Positions 29,160-39,265 of a stretch of DNA of 64,000 bases are shown one piece after another. Made by a program: the position numbers and the translations under genes. The notes beneath the pieces are model-generated. The model worked only from the letters and a program-made list of their open reading frames with translations. It ran no database searches and was not told the DNA's origin. The first letter of the stretch is position 1; every line of letters starts with the position of its first letter. The stretch is from Bacteroidota bacterium (lineage in GTDB: Bacteria > Bacteroidota > Bacteroidia > 2-12-FULL-35-15), in contig JAZKBF010000043.1 of assembly GCA_040388745.1 (NCBI GenBank), forward strand, positions 84,405-148,404, given 5' to 3'.

Positions 29160-30380
29160 CTATAAGCCGCCAAAAAATCCCGCAGCAGTAAGCAAATTAT
29201 ATGACATTGGGTCAAAGATATTATGTATTACAAAAAAATTACGATAAGACAAAAAATCATTCGTTAGGATCAGTAAAAAAGAGGAAATGATAATTGCCCT
29301 TTTTATTCCAATGGAAAGATTAATTTTTTTATAAAGCTCAATAATCATCAAAGCAGCACTGATTCGGTATATTAGGTCGATAGGTTGGGCATAACGCACA
29401 TTTTTAGGAAGAAAAGAAAACACAACAATAAAATAAACGAAGAAAAGAAACAAAATACGTAGTTGTGGATTCTGATTTTTATGAATTGTAAAATAGTAGC
29501 CGACAAAAGAAAGAAAAAGAAGCGAAGTGAATGGGGACAACATAAAATAATCCACAAAATACTGATACCATGGTCCCGAGTTATACCAAAGTATATAGGT
29601 GTGTGGAACACCGATATTGATCTCTCGCATAATAGTAAAAACAGCCACTGTTTTATTGATATCGCCAATAGCAAAAAGATATATACAAAAAGAGATCAAA
29701 AGCGGGCTTAAAATCAAAGCTATAAGTTGTATAATATTAAAAGGTTTCTTAAAATAGAATTTTTCCAATAATAATATTCCGCCAAAAAAAGGTAAAATAA
29801 AAACAGCACTTTCTTTTACCTGAATGCAAAGACTGAAAAACAATATAAACAGGAGCATTTTGATTAAATCAGGCTTGTTCAAATAATTAATAAATGTGAA
29901 TAAGGAAAGGGTGAAAAATAAATAATATTCGGATTCGGAAAGGGCCCTGCCAGCCAGTCCACTGCTTAAGGGTGAAATACAAATTAATAATCCAGCAAGA
30001 AGTGAAGCCGTTGCTCCCCAATACTTTTTTATAAAAAAGAAGCAAACAATGCAATGGATTATATAAAAAATAAGCGATAAGCAAGATAGCGAAGTGAATG
30101 AATCAGAAAATTTTAAAGCAATCGCATTTAAAAAAGCATGTACAATTCGAATTGGTGGAGGATATAACTGAGATATAGGGTTGCTCAAAAAGGCATCAAC
30201 ATTTAGTTGAAATCCATCTATTCCATGTTCCGCTATATTCTTTGCCTGAAGGTAGTATGTTATTTCATCTCCCTTGTTTTCAGTAGGGAAATATTTTATT
30301 ATTCTCGCAGCAGAAAAAAATAATGCAACAAAGAAAATAATACCGAAATAAAAATGCTTGCTTTTTATTAAAAATTGCAT
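29160..30380 (-). CDS. polytopic membrane protein, PMT_2/ArnT-like GT-C glycosyltransferase candidate
   Basis: 406 aa, ~11 TM; first extracytoplasmic loop ENKGDEITYYLQAKNIAEHG carries the DE acidic motif typical of GT39/GT83-type GT-C enzymes; assignment tentative. Confidence 0.45.
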   Translation of the reverse strand: MQFLIKSKHFYFGIIFFVALFFSAARIIKYFPTENKGDEITYYLQAKNIAEHGIDGFQLNVDAFLSNPISQLYPPPIRIVHAFLNAIALKFSDSFTSLSCLSLIFYIIHCIVCFFFIKKYWGATASLLAGLLICISPLSSGLAGRALSESEYYLFFTLSLFTFINYLNKPDLIKMLLFILFFSLCIQVKESAVFILPFFGGILLLEKFYFKKPFNIIQLIALILSPLLISFCIYLFAIGDINKTVAVFTIMREINIGVPHTYILWYNSGPWYQYFVDYFMLSPFTSLLFLSFVGYYFTIHKNQNPQLRILFLFFVYFIVVFSFLPKNVRYAQPIDLIYRISAALMIIELYKKINLSIGIKRAIIISSFLLILTNDFLSYRNFFVIHNIFDPMSYNLLTAAGFFGGL

Positions 30381-30673
30381 ATCAATAGCAGCCTAAACGA
30401 TTAAAGTAAAAAGACTTTTTATATTCACAAATATAACTTTATTTATCAAACTCAGTTCAAAAAAATGAGCCGGATTGGCATTAAAACGGACAAAGCGCTC
30501 AAATGTTAGGAGGTGTTTTGTTTTGTTTCTTGATCGTATTTAATGTAAAAAAAGAAAAAACAGTACAAAAAAAATTCATACATTTACAATTACAACATCA
30601 AAATATATTGCCAAAAATCATTTCACTCCAAGAACTGCACTTGTAGATGAAATTACGTAGCTAACAACAATTC

Positions 30674-31855
30674 ATGAGTCCTTTAAATCCCTTTTTTTCT
30701 ATAATTATATATGTAATTGCTTTCTTAGCCGGGTATCTAATTAAATTAAACTATAAAGTAGAGTCTTTAAATGGCAGGTATGAATCCATTGACGGAATGC
30801 GAGGTTTTTTAGCTTTAGGTGTTTTTATTCACCATGCATGCATATGGCACCAATATATACAAACCGGCACTTGGGAAGCTCCAAAATCAAACCTCTATAC
30901 TCAGTTCGGACAAACTAGCGTTGCTTTGTTTTTTATGATCACTAGTTTTTTATTCATTTCGAAACTCCTTAATTCCAATGAAAAAGGGTTTAGTTGGCGA
31001 TTCTTTTTTCTTTCAAGAATATTCCGATTAGTGCCGATGTACTATTTTTCACTATGCCTGATTATTATTTCAATACTATTTATGAGTCATTGGCAGTTAA
31101 ATGTAGGATTATCAGAGCTTCTTAAATCTATATTTAATTGGTGCTTTTTTACTATTTACGAAACTCCACATATTAATAATTCAGGATTTACTTCTTATAT
31201 AAATGCGGGTGTAGTGCAGACTCTTCCTTATGAGTGGCTGTTTTATTTAAGTTTACCCTTAATTTCGATATTTATATTAAAGGTGAAACCTAAAATAGGA
31301 TACATTATTTTGACTGTAGTTTTCATAATAATATTTTATAAAGTACATGGCGTTTATGAATATTATATTTATTCTTTTATGGGAGGTGGAATTGCTCCAA
31401 TTTTAATAAAATATAATCGTCTAATAAAGATAAATGACACTATTGCAAGTATAATTGTTTTAATATGTCTTTTTTTAATTGTCCAATTTAGTTCCGCTGT
31501 TAGTGTATTTGGTATACTTTTACTTACTGTGATTTTCACACAAATAGCACTAGGAGCTTCATTATTTGGGTTATTAAAAAATTCTACATTAAAGTTTTTA
31601 GGAACGATATCTTATAGTACCTATTTGTTACACGGTATACTGCTTTTTACAGTATATTATTTTGGCTTTGGCTTTGAAAAGATTAAACTTTTAACGCCTC
31701 TTGAGTATTGTTTGGTTGTATTTTCGTTAACTCCCGCACTTTTACTAATTAGCTTTTTAGGATTTAAATACGTTGAGAAACCTAATATAGATAGAGCAAA
31801 GATAATTATACAAAAATTAACCAAATCACCCAAAACTCAACCATCTTTAAAATAA
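30674..31855 (+). CDS. acyltransferase family 3 (membrane O-acyltransferase)
   Basis: 393 aa; ~10 TM; SIDGMRGFLALGVFIHH signature. Confidence 0.75.
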   Translation: MSPLNPFFSIIIYVIAFLAGYLIKLNYKVESLNGRYESIDGMRGFLALGVFIHHACIWHQYIQTGTWEAPKSNLYTQFGQTSVALFFMITSFLFISKLLNSNEKGFSWRFFFLSRIFRLVPMYYFSLCLIIISILFMSHWQLNVGLSELLKSIFNWCFFTIYETPHINNSGFTSYINAGVVQTLPYEWLFYLSLPLISIFILKVKPKIGYIILTVVFIIIFYKVHGVYEYYIYSFMGGGIAPILIKYNRLIKINDTIASIIVLICLFLIVQFSSAVSVFGILLLTVIFTQIALGASLFGLLKNSTLKFLGTISYSTYLLHGILLFTVYYFGFGFEKIKLLTPLEYCLVVFSLTPALLLISFLGFKYVEKPNIDRAKIIIQKLTKSPKTQPSLK

Positions 31856-32113
31856 GTGGCAACTTTCGTTATCAGTATTTTTTTATAGATTAAGGATATT
31901 TAGTTGATTTTTCGTAAATAATTTTTCTGCAATTTCCCCTTAACTTTTTAAACATATTTGATTTTTTATAAATAAAAAGTTAATTTCACTTTTTATAAAA
32001 AATGATCAATCCTGAAATCTCGTTAAATTATCTTTCTTGGTAAACTCTGTCAGTTTTTATTGAAGGGGCTTTATATATTTAATATCAGGCATATACAATG
32101 AATTTTTAAAAAT

Positions 32114-32689
32114 TTGGAACGTAAAAAAATGAGCAAGCCTTTTATTCATTCAAATGCAATTGTGGAAACAGATGATATCGGAGACGATACTAGGATATGG
32201 GCTTTTGTTCATATTCTTAAAGGAGCGAAAATTGGCTATGGATGCAATGTATGTGACCATTGCTATATCGAATACGATGTAATTATAGGAAATAATGTAA
32301 CTATAAAATGTGGTATTTATCTTTGGGAAGGTGTGCGTCTGGAAGATGATGTATTTCTTGGACCCAATGTAGTTTTCACCAACAATCCTCGTCCTCGTAG
32401 CAAACAAAGGATTGTTCATTTAAAGACCTTTGTCAAACAAGGCGCTTCTATTGGTGCAAATTCAACAATCATGGGAGGTATAACTATTGGGAAATATGCA
32501 ATGACAGGAATAGCATCCGTAGTTACTCGCGATGTTCCTGATTACGCCTTGGTATATGGTAATCCTGCCAAATTTAAAAGTTGGATTGATGAACAAGGAC
32601 AAGACCTGGTGATGCATGAAGATGGTTATTGGACATCACCCGATGGAATAAAATTTGAAGAAACGCAAAATGGTTTAAAAAGAAAATAA
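32114..32689 (+). CDS. left-handed beta-helix (hexapeptide) sugar N-acetyltransferase, WxcM/QdtC/PglD-like
   Basis: 191 aa; multiple hexapeptide repeats (IGYGCNV, IGNNVTI, LGPNVVFTN, IGANSTIMGGITIG). Confidence 0.7.
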   Translation: MERKKMSKPFIHSNAIVETDDIGDDTRIWAFVHILKGAKIGYGCNVCDHCYIEYDVIIGNNVTIKCGIYLWEGVRLEDDVFLGPNVVFTNNPRPRSKQRIVHLKTFVKQGASIGANSTIMGGITIGKYAMTGIASVVTRDVPDYALVYGNPAKFKSWIDEQGQDLVMHEDGYWTSPDGIKFEETQNGLKRK

Positions 32690-32826
32690 TCTAATATTCG
32701 TTTTGTGTATTTTTTAAAAAAGCGGGAATTGCCATCAAAACCTCAAGCTTAATCGCGGACCTATTCATATTATTTAAATACCTGGATTTTTAAATTAATT
32801 AAGTTAATTGAAAATAATATTTTTTT

Positions 32827-33753
32827 ATGCCTAAATTATCTATTATCATTCCATGTTACTTCAATGAATTGAATATCCCTACTACATCACAGGCTTTGTT
32901 ATTGAATGAGAAATTATTCCCCAATGATGTTTCTTTTGAATATGTTATGGTAGATGATGGCAGTAAAGATCGAACATTTGAGGCACTGAGTTTATTCAAA
33001 AATCAATATCCCGAAAAAGTTACTATTGTAAAACTCTCGGGGAATTTCGGTTCCTATAATGCAATTCAGGCCGGCATGGAATATGCTACCGGTGATTGCA
33101 ATATAGTTATAACTGCTGATCTTCAAGATCCCCCTGAATTGATGCCCAAAATGTATGAATATTGGTTGAAAGGATTTAAATTAGTATTAGCAAATAGGGA
33201 GGAGAGAGACGACCCATTTTTAACCAAAATCCTAGCGTCCGGTTATCAAAAGTTAATTAAAAAATTCGCTCTTCCAAATATTCCTGATGGGGGGTTCGAC
33301 TTTTGTTTATTTGACAGACAATTAAGGGAAGATGTTTTGGCAATACAGGAAAAAAACACAAACTCATTATATTTATTGGTGTGGTTAAAATACGAGTATG
33401 CTTGTATTCCTTATAAAAGAAGAGAAAGGGAAATCGGAAAATCACGTTGGACAATGAAGAAAAAAATTCAACTATTTATTGATTCATTCGTTTCATTTTC
33501 TTATGCGCCACTTCGGTTTATTACGATCAGCGGGATTTTGCTTGGTAGTGTATCATTTATATATGCACTGTATGTTCTTTACGCAAAACTCTCGGGTCAC
33601 GTAGATGTTGAAGGATGGACTACCATGATGATGGTTTTTTTACTCGTATCATCATTTCAAATGTTGGCGATCGGAATTATTGGAGAATATCTTTGGCGGA
33701 ATTTTGAGGCTACTCGCAACCGGCCAGCATACGTTATCGATAAAGTATTATAA
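32827..33753 (+). CDS. GT2 polyprenyl-phosphate sugar transferase, ArnC/GtrB-like (two C-terminal TM helices)
   Basis: 308 aa; SIIIPCYFNE, VDDGSKDRT, DLQDPPE region; C-terminal TM pair. Confidence 0.8.
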   Translation: MPKLSIIIPCYFNELNIPTTSQALLLNEKLFPNDVSFEYVMVDDGSKDRTFEALSLFKNQYPEKVTIVKLSGNFGSYNAIQAGMEYATGDCNIVITADLQDPPELMPKMYEYWLKGFKLVLANREERDDPFLTKILASGYQKLIKKFALPNIPDGGFDFCLFDRQLREDVLAIQEKNTNSLYLLVWLKYEYACIPYKRREREIGKSRWTMKKKIQLFIDSFVSFSYAPLRFITISGILLGSVSFIYALYVLYAKLSGHVDVEGWTTMMMVFLLVSSFQMLAIGIIGEYLWRNFEATRNRPAYVIDKVL

Positions 33754-33845
33754 TTTTTAAAAATGATTTAGTTTCAAAAAAAACGGAACATTGTTTTTAC
33801 GAAAATGTCATCAATAAGAAATTTCACCTTGGATTTTAATATTAT

Positions 33846-35396
33846 TTATTTTGAAATTTGGTATTTGCGAATAAGTCGAATTTTTCCATTCACCTCAATC
33901 TTATATAACATTAAAAACAATATTCCTATAAAAAGTAACATTACGCCTCCCTGAATATAATACATTTGTTCGCTCATCCATGGACCGATATTCATCCACA
34001 GTATTTGACTAGGAAAACCCATATTTCCATTTTCATCAATGTTCAAGGTCGAATTAATTTCATAAATATTTAGCAATAGCCATATTTTAGAGGCAACAAA
34101 ACTCAACAATCCAACAACTATGTAAAAATTAGTTGAAAACGAATATTTGTTAATAGCTTTAATTAGAAAAACGATTATCCAAGGAAGAAGGTTAATTAAG
34201 TGCCTACTTTCGGTTGTAATACCGAATAGAAATAAATTCAGTCCAAATGCTGCAACAATACCCCAGCCCAATTGCGACACCGTTTTACAAAAACTGTCCC
34301 AAAATATAATTAATAGACAAACAATAATCCCAAAGTAACTTACGTGTGCAACAAGAGAAATAAGAGGTTTGATCAATGAGGATAAAGTAGGGCCACTCAA
34401 AATTTGAGAGATTGGGTACATTGAATTTGGCTTTGGATGCAAAAAATGCACGATCATTAAAACACTAATAAAAACACCAACAGAAATTAATAGCCTTTTG
34501 TAATTAATTTTTTTCAAAAATAAAGTGAAATCAAGAAGCGATCTATTAAGAAATAATTTTGCGAAAAAAAAGTAAAGTAATACTATTCCTGATATACTAA
34601 AAAACAAAAGATTACGATCTATTTTTGCAACAAAACTCACATCGGTGTCCTTGTTTTGAATAAAAATAAAGAATATCGTAATTCCTAAGATATAGAAAAC
34701 CGAAGCGCTATAAATAAGAATTTTTTGCCATTTCAGAGTTTGCGAAAATGGTAAGAAGCATATAGGAAAAGCAATTAACAATAATCCCTGATAATAGGAC
34801 ATTTGCCAGGAAAATGCAGACAATAACGTAATTATAATTATTCCCTTAATATTGTTTTTAAGGTAAAAATACAACAAAGCAGAGCTAAGCATTAATCCAA
34901 ATGTATCAGTCATTACTGGCAGATAAAACGGGTACTTGATTACTCCGAAATTGATTAAAAATAAGGTAAAGGCGAGTAATTGGTTTCTAAAAGATATTTT
35001 AAATAAAATGAGCATACATTTCAAAAAATAACAAGAAAGAGCAATGCTTACTAAATTTAAAATTTGAAAAGCTATGAAAATGTTTTGTTCCGAAGGTTTT
35101 AATGATAAAAGTTTAAAAAACACACTTATGACGAATGATGGGAATATTCTATGAACGTAATAGATATCGAAAAAAAAACTTTTTGTGAAGTCAGGAATAA
35201 AAGTTGAAAACACAAAACCATCCGTAGTGAGTCCACCGTTATAAGGGTATGTTTCACCAAATAAAATGTAAAACATCCCGTAGTAAAGCATTAATACAGG
35301 GAAGAACCATTTGTTATTAAGGATTTTTTTTAACTTGATCATAGTATGCATAAAAAACCAAAGATAGAAAAAGAAATAGATATAGAAAAAACTCAT
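33846..35396 (-). CDS. large polytopic membrane protein of unknown function (polymerase/GT-C-like candidate); true start probably the internal MIKLKKIL
   Basis: 516 aa, ~13 TM, extremely hydrophobic; no recognisable catalytic motif. Confidence 0.4.
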   Translation of the reverse strand: MSFFYIYFFFYLWFFMHTMIKLKKILNNKWFFPVLMLYYGMFYILFGETYPYNGGLTTDGFVFSTFIPDFTKSFFFDIYYVHRIFPSFVISVFFKLLSLKPSEQNIFIAFQILNLVSIALSCYFLKCMLILFKISFRNQLLAFTLFLINFGVIKYPFYLPVMTDTFGLMLSSALLYFYLKNNIKGIIIITLLSAFSWQMSYYQGLLLIAFPICFLPFSQTLKWQKILIYSASVFYILGITIFFIFIQNKDTDVSFVAKIDRNLLFFSISGIVLLYFFFAKLFLNRSLLDFTLFLKKINYKRLLISVGVFISVLMIVHFLHPKPNSMYPISQILSGPTLSSLIKPLISLVAHVSYFGIIVCLLIIFWDSFCKTVSQLGWGIVAAFGLNLFLFGITTESRHLINLLPWIIVFLIKAINKYSFSTNFYIVVGLLSFVASKIWLLLNIYEINSTLNIDENGNMGFPSQILWMNIGPWMSEQMYYIQGGVMLLFIGILFLMLYKIEVNGKIRLIRKYQISK

Positions 35397-35447
35397 ATAT
35401 TTACTCTTATAACATCAAAATGATACTGAAAAAAAACGGCAAACATT

Positions 35448-36131
35448 ATGGAGGAACTGTTTGATAAATCGGCAGAATACGATGATATGCTGAATAAAGG
35501 CATTTCACTTAGTGGCGAGGATAAATATTTTTTCATTCATGGACGATTTAGTGACCTTGTAAAAAATATTCCGTCTGAAAAAAAAATAAAAAATTTGCTT
35601 GATTTTGGTTGCGGAGTGGGGGATGCAACTCTTTTAATGAAACAGTATTTTCCTGAAGCCGAAATTACCGGTAGCGATACAGCAGCGAAAGCATTAAAAT
35701 ATGCTGGTTATAAAAATAGCGACAATGGAACAATCCGTTATATAGAAATCAAAGATTTTCAATTAAAAAATGAATTTGACCTTTGCTTTGTTAATGGTGT
35801 GTTTCATCACATCCCTATAGAACAAAGATCGGATGCCGCCAAAATGATTTATGATTCATTAAAGCCTGGAGGCTTACTTGCTCTTTTTGAAAATAACCCT
35901 TTAAATCCAGGTACGAAGATGGTGATGAGGCGAATCCCATTTGATAAGGACGCTATTACTTTAGTTCACAACGAAACGCGGAGAATGCTGATCTCCGCAG
36001 GTTTTAAAATAAAAATTAAACCCCGTTTCCTGTTTTATTTTCCTAAAGCCCTTGGGTTTTTGAGGCCATTAGAAAAATTCTTTGTTCATGTGCCATTAGG
36101 AGCTCAATATTATTTTATTGCCGAAAAATAA
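35448..36131 (+). CDS. class I SAM-dependent methyltransferase
   Basis: 227 aa; motif I LLDFGCGVGDAT, motif post-I, LKPGGLLALFE. Confidence 0.7.
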   Translation: MEELFDKSAEYDDMLNKGISLSGEDKYFFIHGRFSDLVKNIPSEKKIKNLLDFGCGVGDATLLMKQYFPEAEITGSDTAAKALKYAGYKNSDNGTIRYIEIKDFQLKNEFDLCFVNGVFHHIPIEQRSDAAKMIYDSLKPGGLLALFENNPLNPGTKMVMRRIPFDKDAITLVHNETRRMLISAGFKIKIKPRFLFYFPKALGFLRPLEKFFVHVPLGAQYYFIAEK

Positions 36132-36317
36132 AGTCAATTGCTCCAATGAGATAGCTTTCAGAGCATCGGGCAGCGAATATTCGGAACCATTATCATCATC
36201 GTTTGGAAGTAACTTAGGATTCAGAAGTAAATGTTGGACATTCCTTCTAATATTTTGTAATTTTAATTTTCGAAAACTTATCCAAGCTAAAATATTATTA
36301 AAAAAGGTAATTTCACA

Positions 36318-37823
36318 ATGCAAGCAATAAAGATCAATGAACTATTTTTCAAACGTGCGTCCATTGTTTTTTTTGCCGTTTTGTTTATTGTGGGATGCTT
36401 TGTCTTTTCTGATTATGGGATATCTTGCGATGAGCCGGACTTCTCTCGTTATAATGGGGCAGTAAATTACAATTTTCTTAGTACAGGAGATTCTAAGGAA
36501 TTGCTTGCGTCCACCGAAAAATACCACGGGCCGGCTTTTGAAATAGTTTTATATTCTGTCGAAAAATTATTGAAAGTTACCGATTCCCGCAACATCTATT
36601 TGTTGCGGCATGGTTTAACTTTTTGGGTTTTTTTCATTGGCACCCTGTTTTTCTATTTATTGGGCTTGAAATTTTTTAAAAGCCATGGAGCTGCTCTATT
36701 ATGCAGCGTTATGTTAGTTGCATCCCCCCGAATTTTTGCGGAGAGTTTTTTTAATTCGAAGGATATAGTCATGCTTTGTTTTTGCATTATTGCGAGTTAT
36801 ACCGCTTTCATATTTGTAGAGCGTCAAACAATAAAGTGGGCTTTTATTCATGCGGCTTGTTGCGGATTTGCAACTGACATTCGGATTATGGGATTGTTAA
36901 TACCTATTATAACGTTATATTTATATGCTATGCAAAAACAAAGGAAATTTACTCCTGTTTTGTTTTTCATATCCTACACTTTGTTCTTCATTATTGCTTT
37001 TTGGCCAATTATGTGGCTCAATCCTGTCCAGCATTTTATTGGGGCGCTCCGGGAAATGACTCATTTCCCAGTATTTATGACTGCTTTATATTTTGGGAAG
37101 TTGATTGACTGTCAAAATTTGCCTTGGCACTATTTACCTGTATGGATTTCCATTACAACGCCTTTTTTGTATGTCATTTTTTTTCTGATAGGAATATTTT
37201 TCGCGGTAAAAAACTCATTTGTTAATTTTTCAAACACTCTGCCGATTCAATTCTCGTTATTTATGTTTGGCACACCTATCCTGGCTGTAATAATTTTAAA
37301 CTCTACTGTTTACGATTCTTACAGACATATATATTTTGTATATCCTTATCTCTTATTAGTCGCAGTATATGGCTTTATTCAACTAACTCAGACTATAAAA
37401 AAAAATTGGGCGGTAAAAATAATTTCCTATTCAACCGGCCTGTCCATTCTATTAGTTTTTGTTTTCATGATTGTAAATCATCCTCATCAAAATGTATATT
37501 TTAGTTTTTTAGCCGGAAAAAATGTGAGGCAAAATTTCGAATTGGATTATTGGGGATTGTCGTATCGACAAGGATTAGAATATATTTTAGCAAATGATAA
37601 ATCCAGTCATATAAATATTGCTGCCGATACAGGGGAATGCCTTTTGAATTTTAATATTATCCCGATTGAGGATAGAAAACGCCTTGTATGGACAGATATA
37701 AAATCAGCAAAATATTATTTAATGAATTTTAGGTGGCATCCTTCAGACTATGATTTTGGAACTACAATATTTGAAATTAAAGTTGATAACGAAAAAATTA
37801 TGGAAGTTCAAAAACAAAAATAA
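36318..37823 (+). CDS. polytopic membrane protein, GT-C-type glycosyltransferase candidate
   Basis: 501 aa, ~12 TM in the first 400 aa plus C-terminal soluble domain; first loop FSDYGISCDEPDFSRYNG carries a DE acidic motif. Confidence 0.45.
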   Translation: MQAIKINELFFKRASIVFFAVLFIVGCFVFSDYGISCDEPDFSRYNGAVNYNFLSTGDSKELLASTEKYHGPAFEIVLYSVEKLLKVTDSRNIYLLRHGLTFWVFFIGTLFFYLLGLKFFKSHGAALLCSVMLVASPRIFAESFFNSKDIVMLCFCIIASYTAFIFVERQTIKWAFIHAACCGFATDIRIMGLLIPIITLYLYAMQKQRKFTPVLFFISYTLFFIIAFWPIMWLNPVQHFIGALREMTHFPVFMTALYFGKLIDCQNLPWHYLPVWISITTPFLYVIFFLIGIFFAVKNSFVNFSNTLPIQFSLFMFGTPILAVIILNSTVYDSYRHIYFVYPYLLLVAVYGFIQLTQTIKKNWAVKIISYSTGLSILLVFVFMIVNHPHQNVYFSFLAGKNVRQNFELDYWGLSYRQGLEYILANDKSSHINIAADTGECLLNFNIIPIEDRKRLVWTDIKSAKYYLMNFRWHPSDYDFGTTIFEIKVDNEKIMEVQKQK

Positions 37824-38061
37824 TCTAAAAAAGCAGTGACTCATAATATAACTTCTGGGCTGAATTTCGATACTCAATCCTAAATCCGTAAAAGCCAAAC
37901 ATGATATTTTTTTGTTATTTTTCTTAATTCACTTGAAGGTTTTTTTGCGAATTCTTAGCTTGTTTATTCAGCGTTTTTTTATAGAAATATTATTCAAAAA
38001 AATGAAATTGAGCTTAATGTAAAAGTTTAAACATGAGGAATAAAATTAACATTTTTGAAAT

Positions 38062-39129
38062 ATGATCAAGCCTCTCACTTCATTACGATTTGTATTTGCC
38101 TTGATGGTGTTTTTCGACCACATTGCTACTTCTGCGATTAATGTTGATATTCATATGCAATGGCTTTCGGATAATGTTTTTCGCGAGGGGTATGTTGGAG
38201 TTGGATTCTTTTTTGTGCTTAGTGGATTTATATTAGCGTATAACTATAAAGATAAATTTTCAAAAAAGGAGGTCAATAAAAAGAATTTTTGGATAATGCG
38301 CTTGGCACGTGTATACCCTTTGCATTTACTTACTTTATACTTGTCGGTGCCTATGGTATTAATGCTTTGGAATTACGATCTGACGGGAATTCTATTTCCG
38401 TTTTTTTTAAACTTGTTTTTATTACAAAGTTATATTCTTCCTCCATTTGAATATTATTGGTCATTTAATACAGTTTCTTGGAGCGTATCAGACGAAATGT
38501 TTTTTTATTTTTTGTTCCCATTTATTATTAATTTTTTAAATAAGAAAAAAGAGCTTCTTATTGCATTGGTGTTACTGGCTTGTATAGCTATTCCATTGTT
38601 AATGCTAAAAACTTCAAACATGGATATGCGACCTGTTTGGTTTTATATACATCCTTTTTTTAGGATAGTTGATTTTTTAATAGGGATTTTATTATATGAA
38701 ATTTATCTGAAAATGAAAGACAGCAAAATATTGAAGTTTGCCAGTATCTTAGAGTTATTCTCAGTATTGCTTTTTGTTTTATTTTTTTTATTTCACAATT
38801 CAGTGCCACAGGTATATAGAAGTTCATGCTATTACTGGCTCCCGATATCTTCCATTATATTAATTTTTTCGTTTCAAAAAGGAGTTTTTTCTCAAATGTT
38901 TTTGAATAAGCATCTTGTCTACTTAGGCGAAATTAGTTATGGATTTTATATGTTTCATGCTTTAGTAATTCAATATTTTATAATTTTGAATGCGAATTAT
39001 TCCATTTTTGAAAATTATTATTTATTTGTATTTTTTATGCTCTGTTTTTCAATTTTTATAAGTGCAATTTGTCATAGCGCATTTGAAAAACCAATAAATA
39101 AGTATATAGTGAAAAGGTTTTGCAGATAA
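38062..39129 (+). CDS. acyltransferase family 3 (membrane O-acyltransferase)
   Basis: 355 aa; LRFVFALMVFFDH signature; ~10 TM. Confidence 0.75.
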   Translation: MIKPLTSLRFVFALMVFFDHIATSAINVDIHMQWLSDNVFREGYVGVGFFFVLSGFILAYNYKDKFSKKEVNKKNFWIMRLARVYPLHLLTLYLSVPMVLMLWNYDLTGILFPFFLNLFLLQSYILPPFEYYWSFNTVSWSVSDEMFFYFLFPFIINFLNKKKELLIALVLLACIAIPLLMLKTSNMDMRPVWFYIHPFFRIVDFLIGILLYEIYLKMKDSKILKFASILELFSVLLFVLFFLFHNSVPQVYRSSCYYWLPISSIILIFSFQKGVFSQMFLNKHLVYLGEISYGFYMFHALVIQYFIILNANYSIFENYYLFVFFMLCFSIFISAICHSAFEKPINKYIVKRFCR

Positions 39130-39265
39130 ATAATTTTCTGCTCTTTGTTTTAATTTGCAGTTTGAAGCAAAAAAATGGTAATACCCTACCTCGCTTTTTA
39201 TGTTTTTTTCGCTAACCTAAGATAAACCTGGTCAATATCATCTCTTTTTCAAGAGGTCATTTTGG

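Noticed and set aside
18751-36131. Interpretation of the island as a decaprenyl-phosphoarabinose (DprE1/DprE2) or Ara4N (ArnABCD) pathway
   Set aside because: An SDR and ArnC-like GT2 are present, but there is no FAD oxidase (DprE1), UbiA-type prenyltransferase, ArnA/ArnB/ArnD or aminotransferase; too little support.
36096-36330. Two overlapping 70-75 aa ORFs in the gap between the methyltransferase and the GT-C gene
   Set aside because: No motifs, overlapping each other on opposite strands; more likely promoter DNA for 36318.
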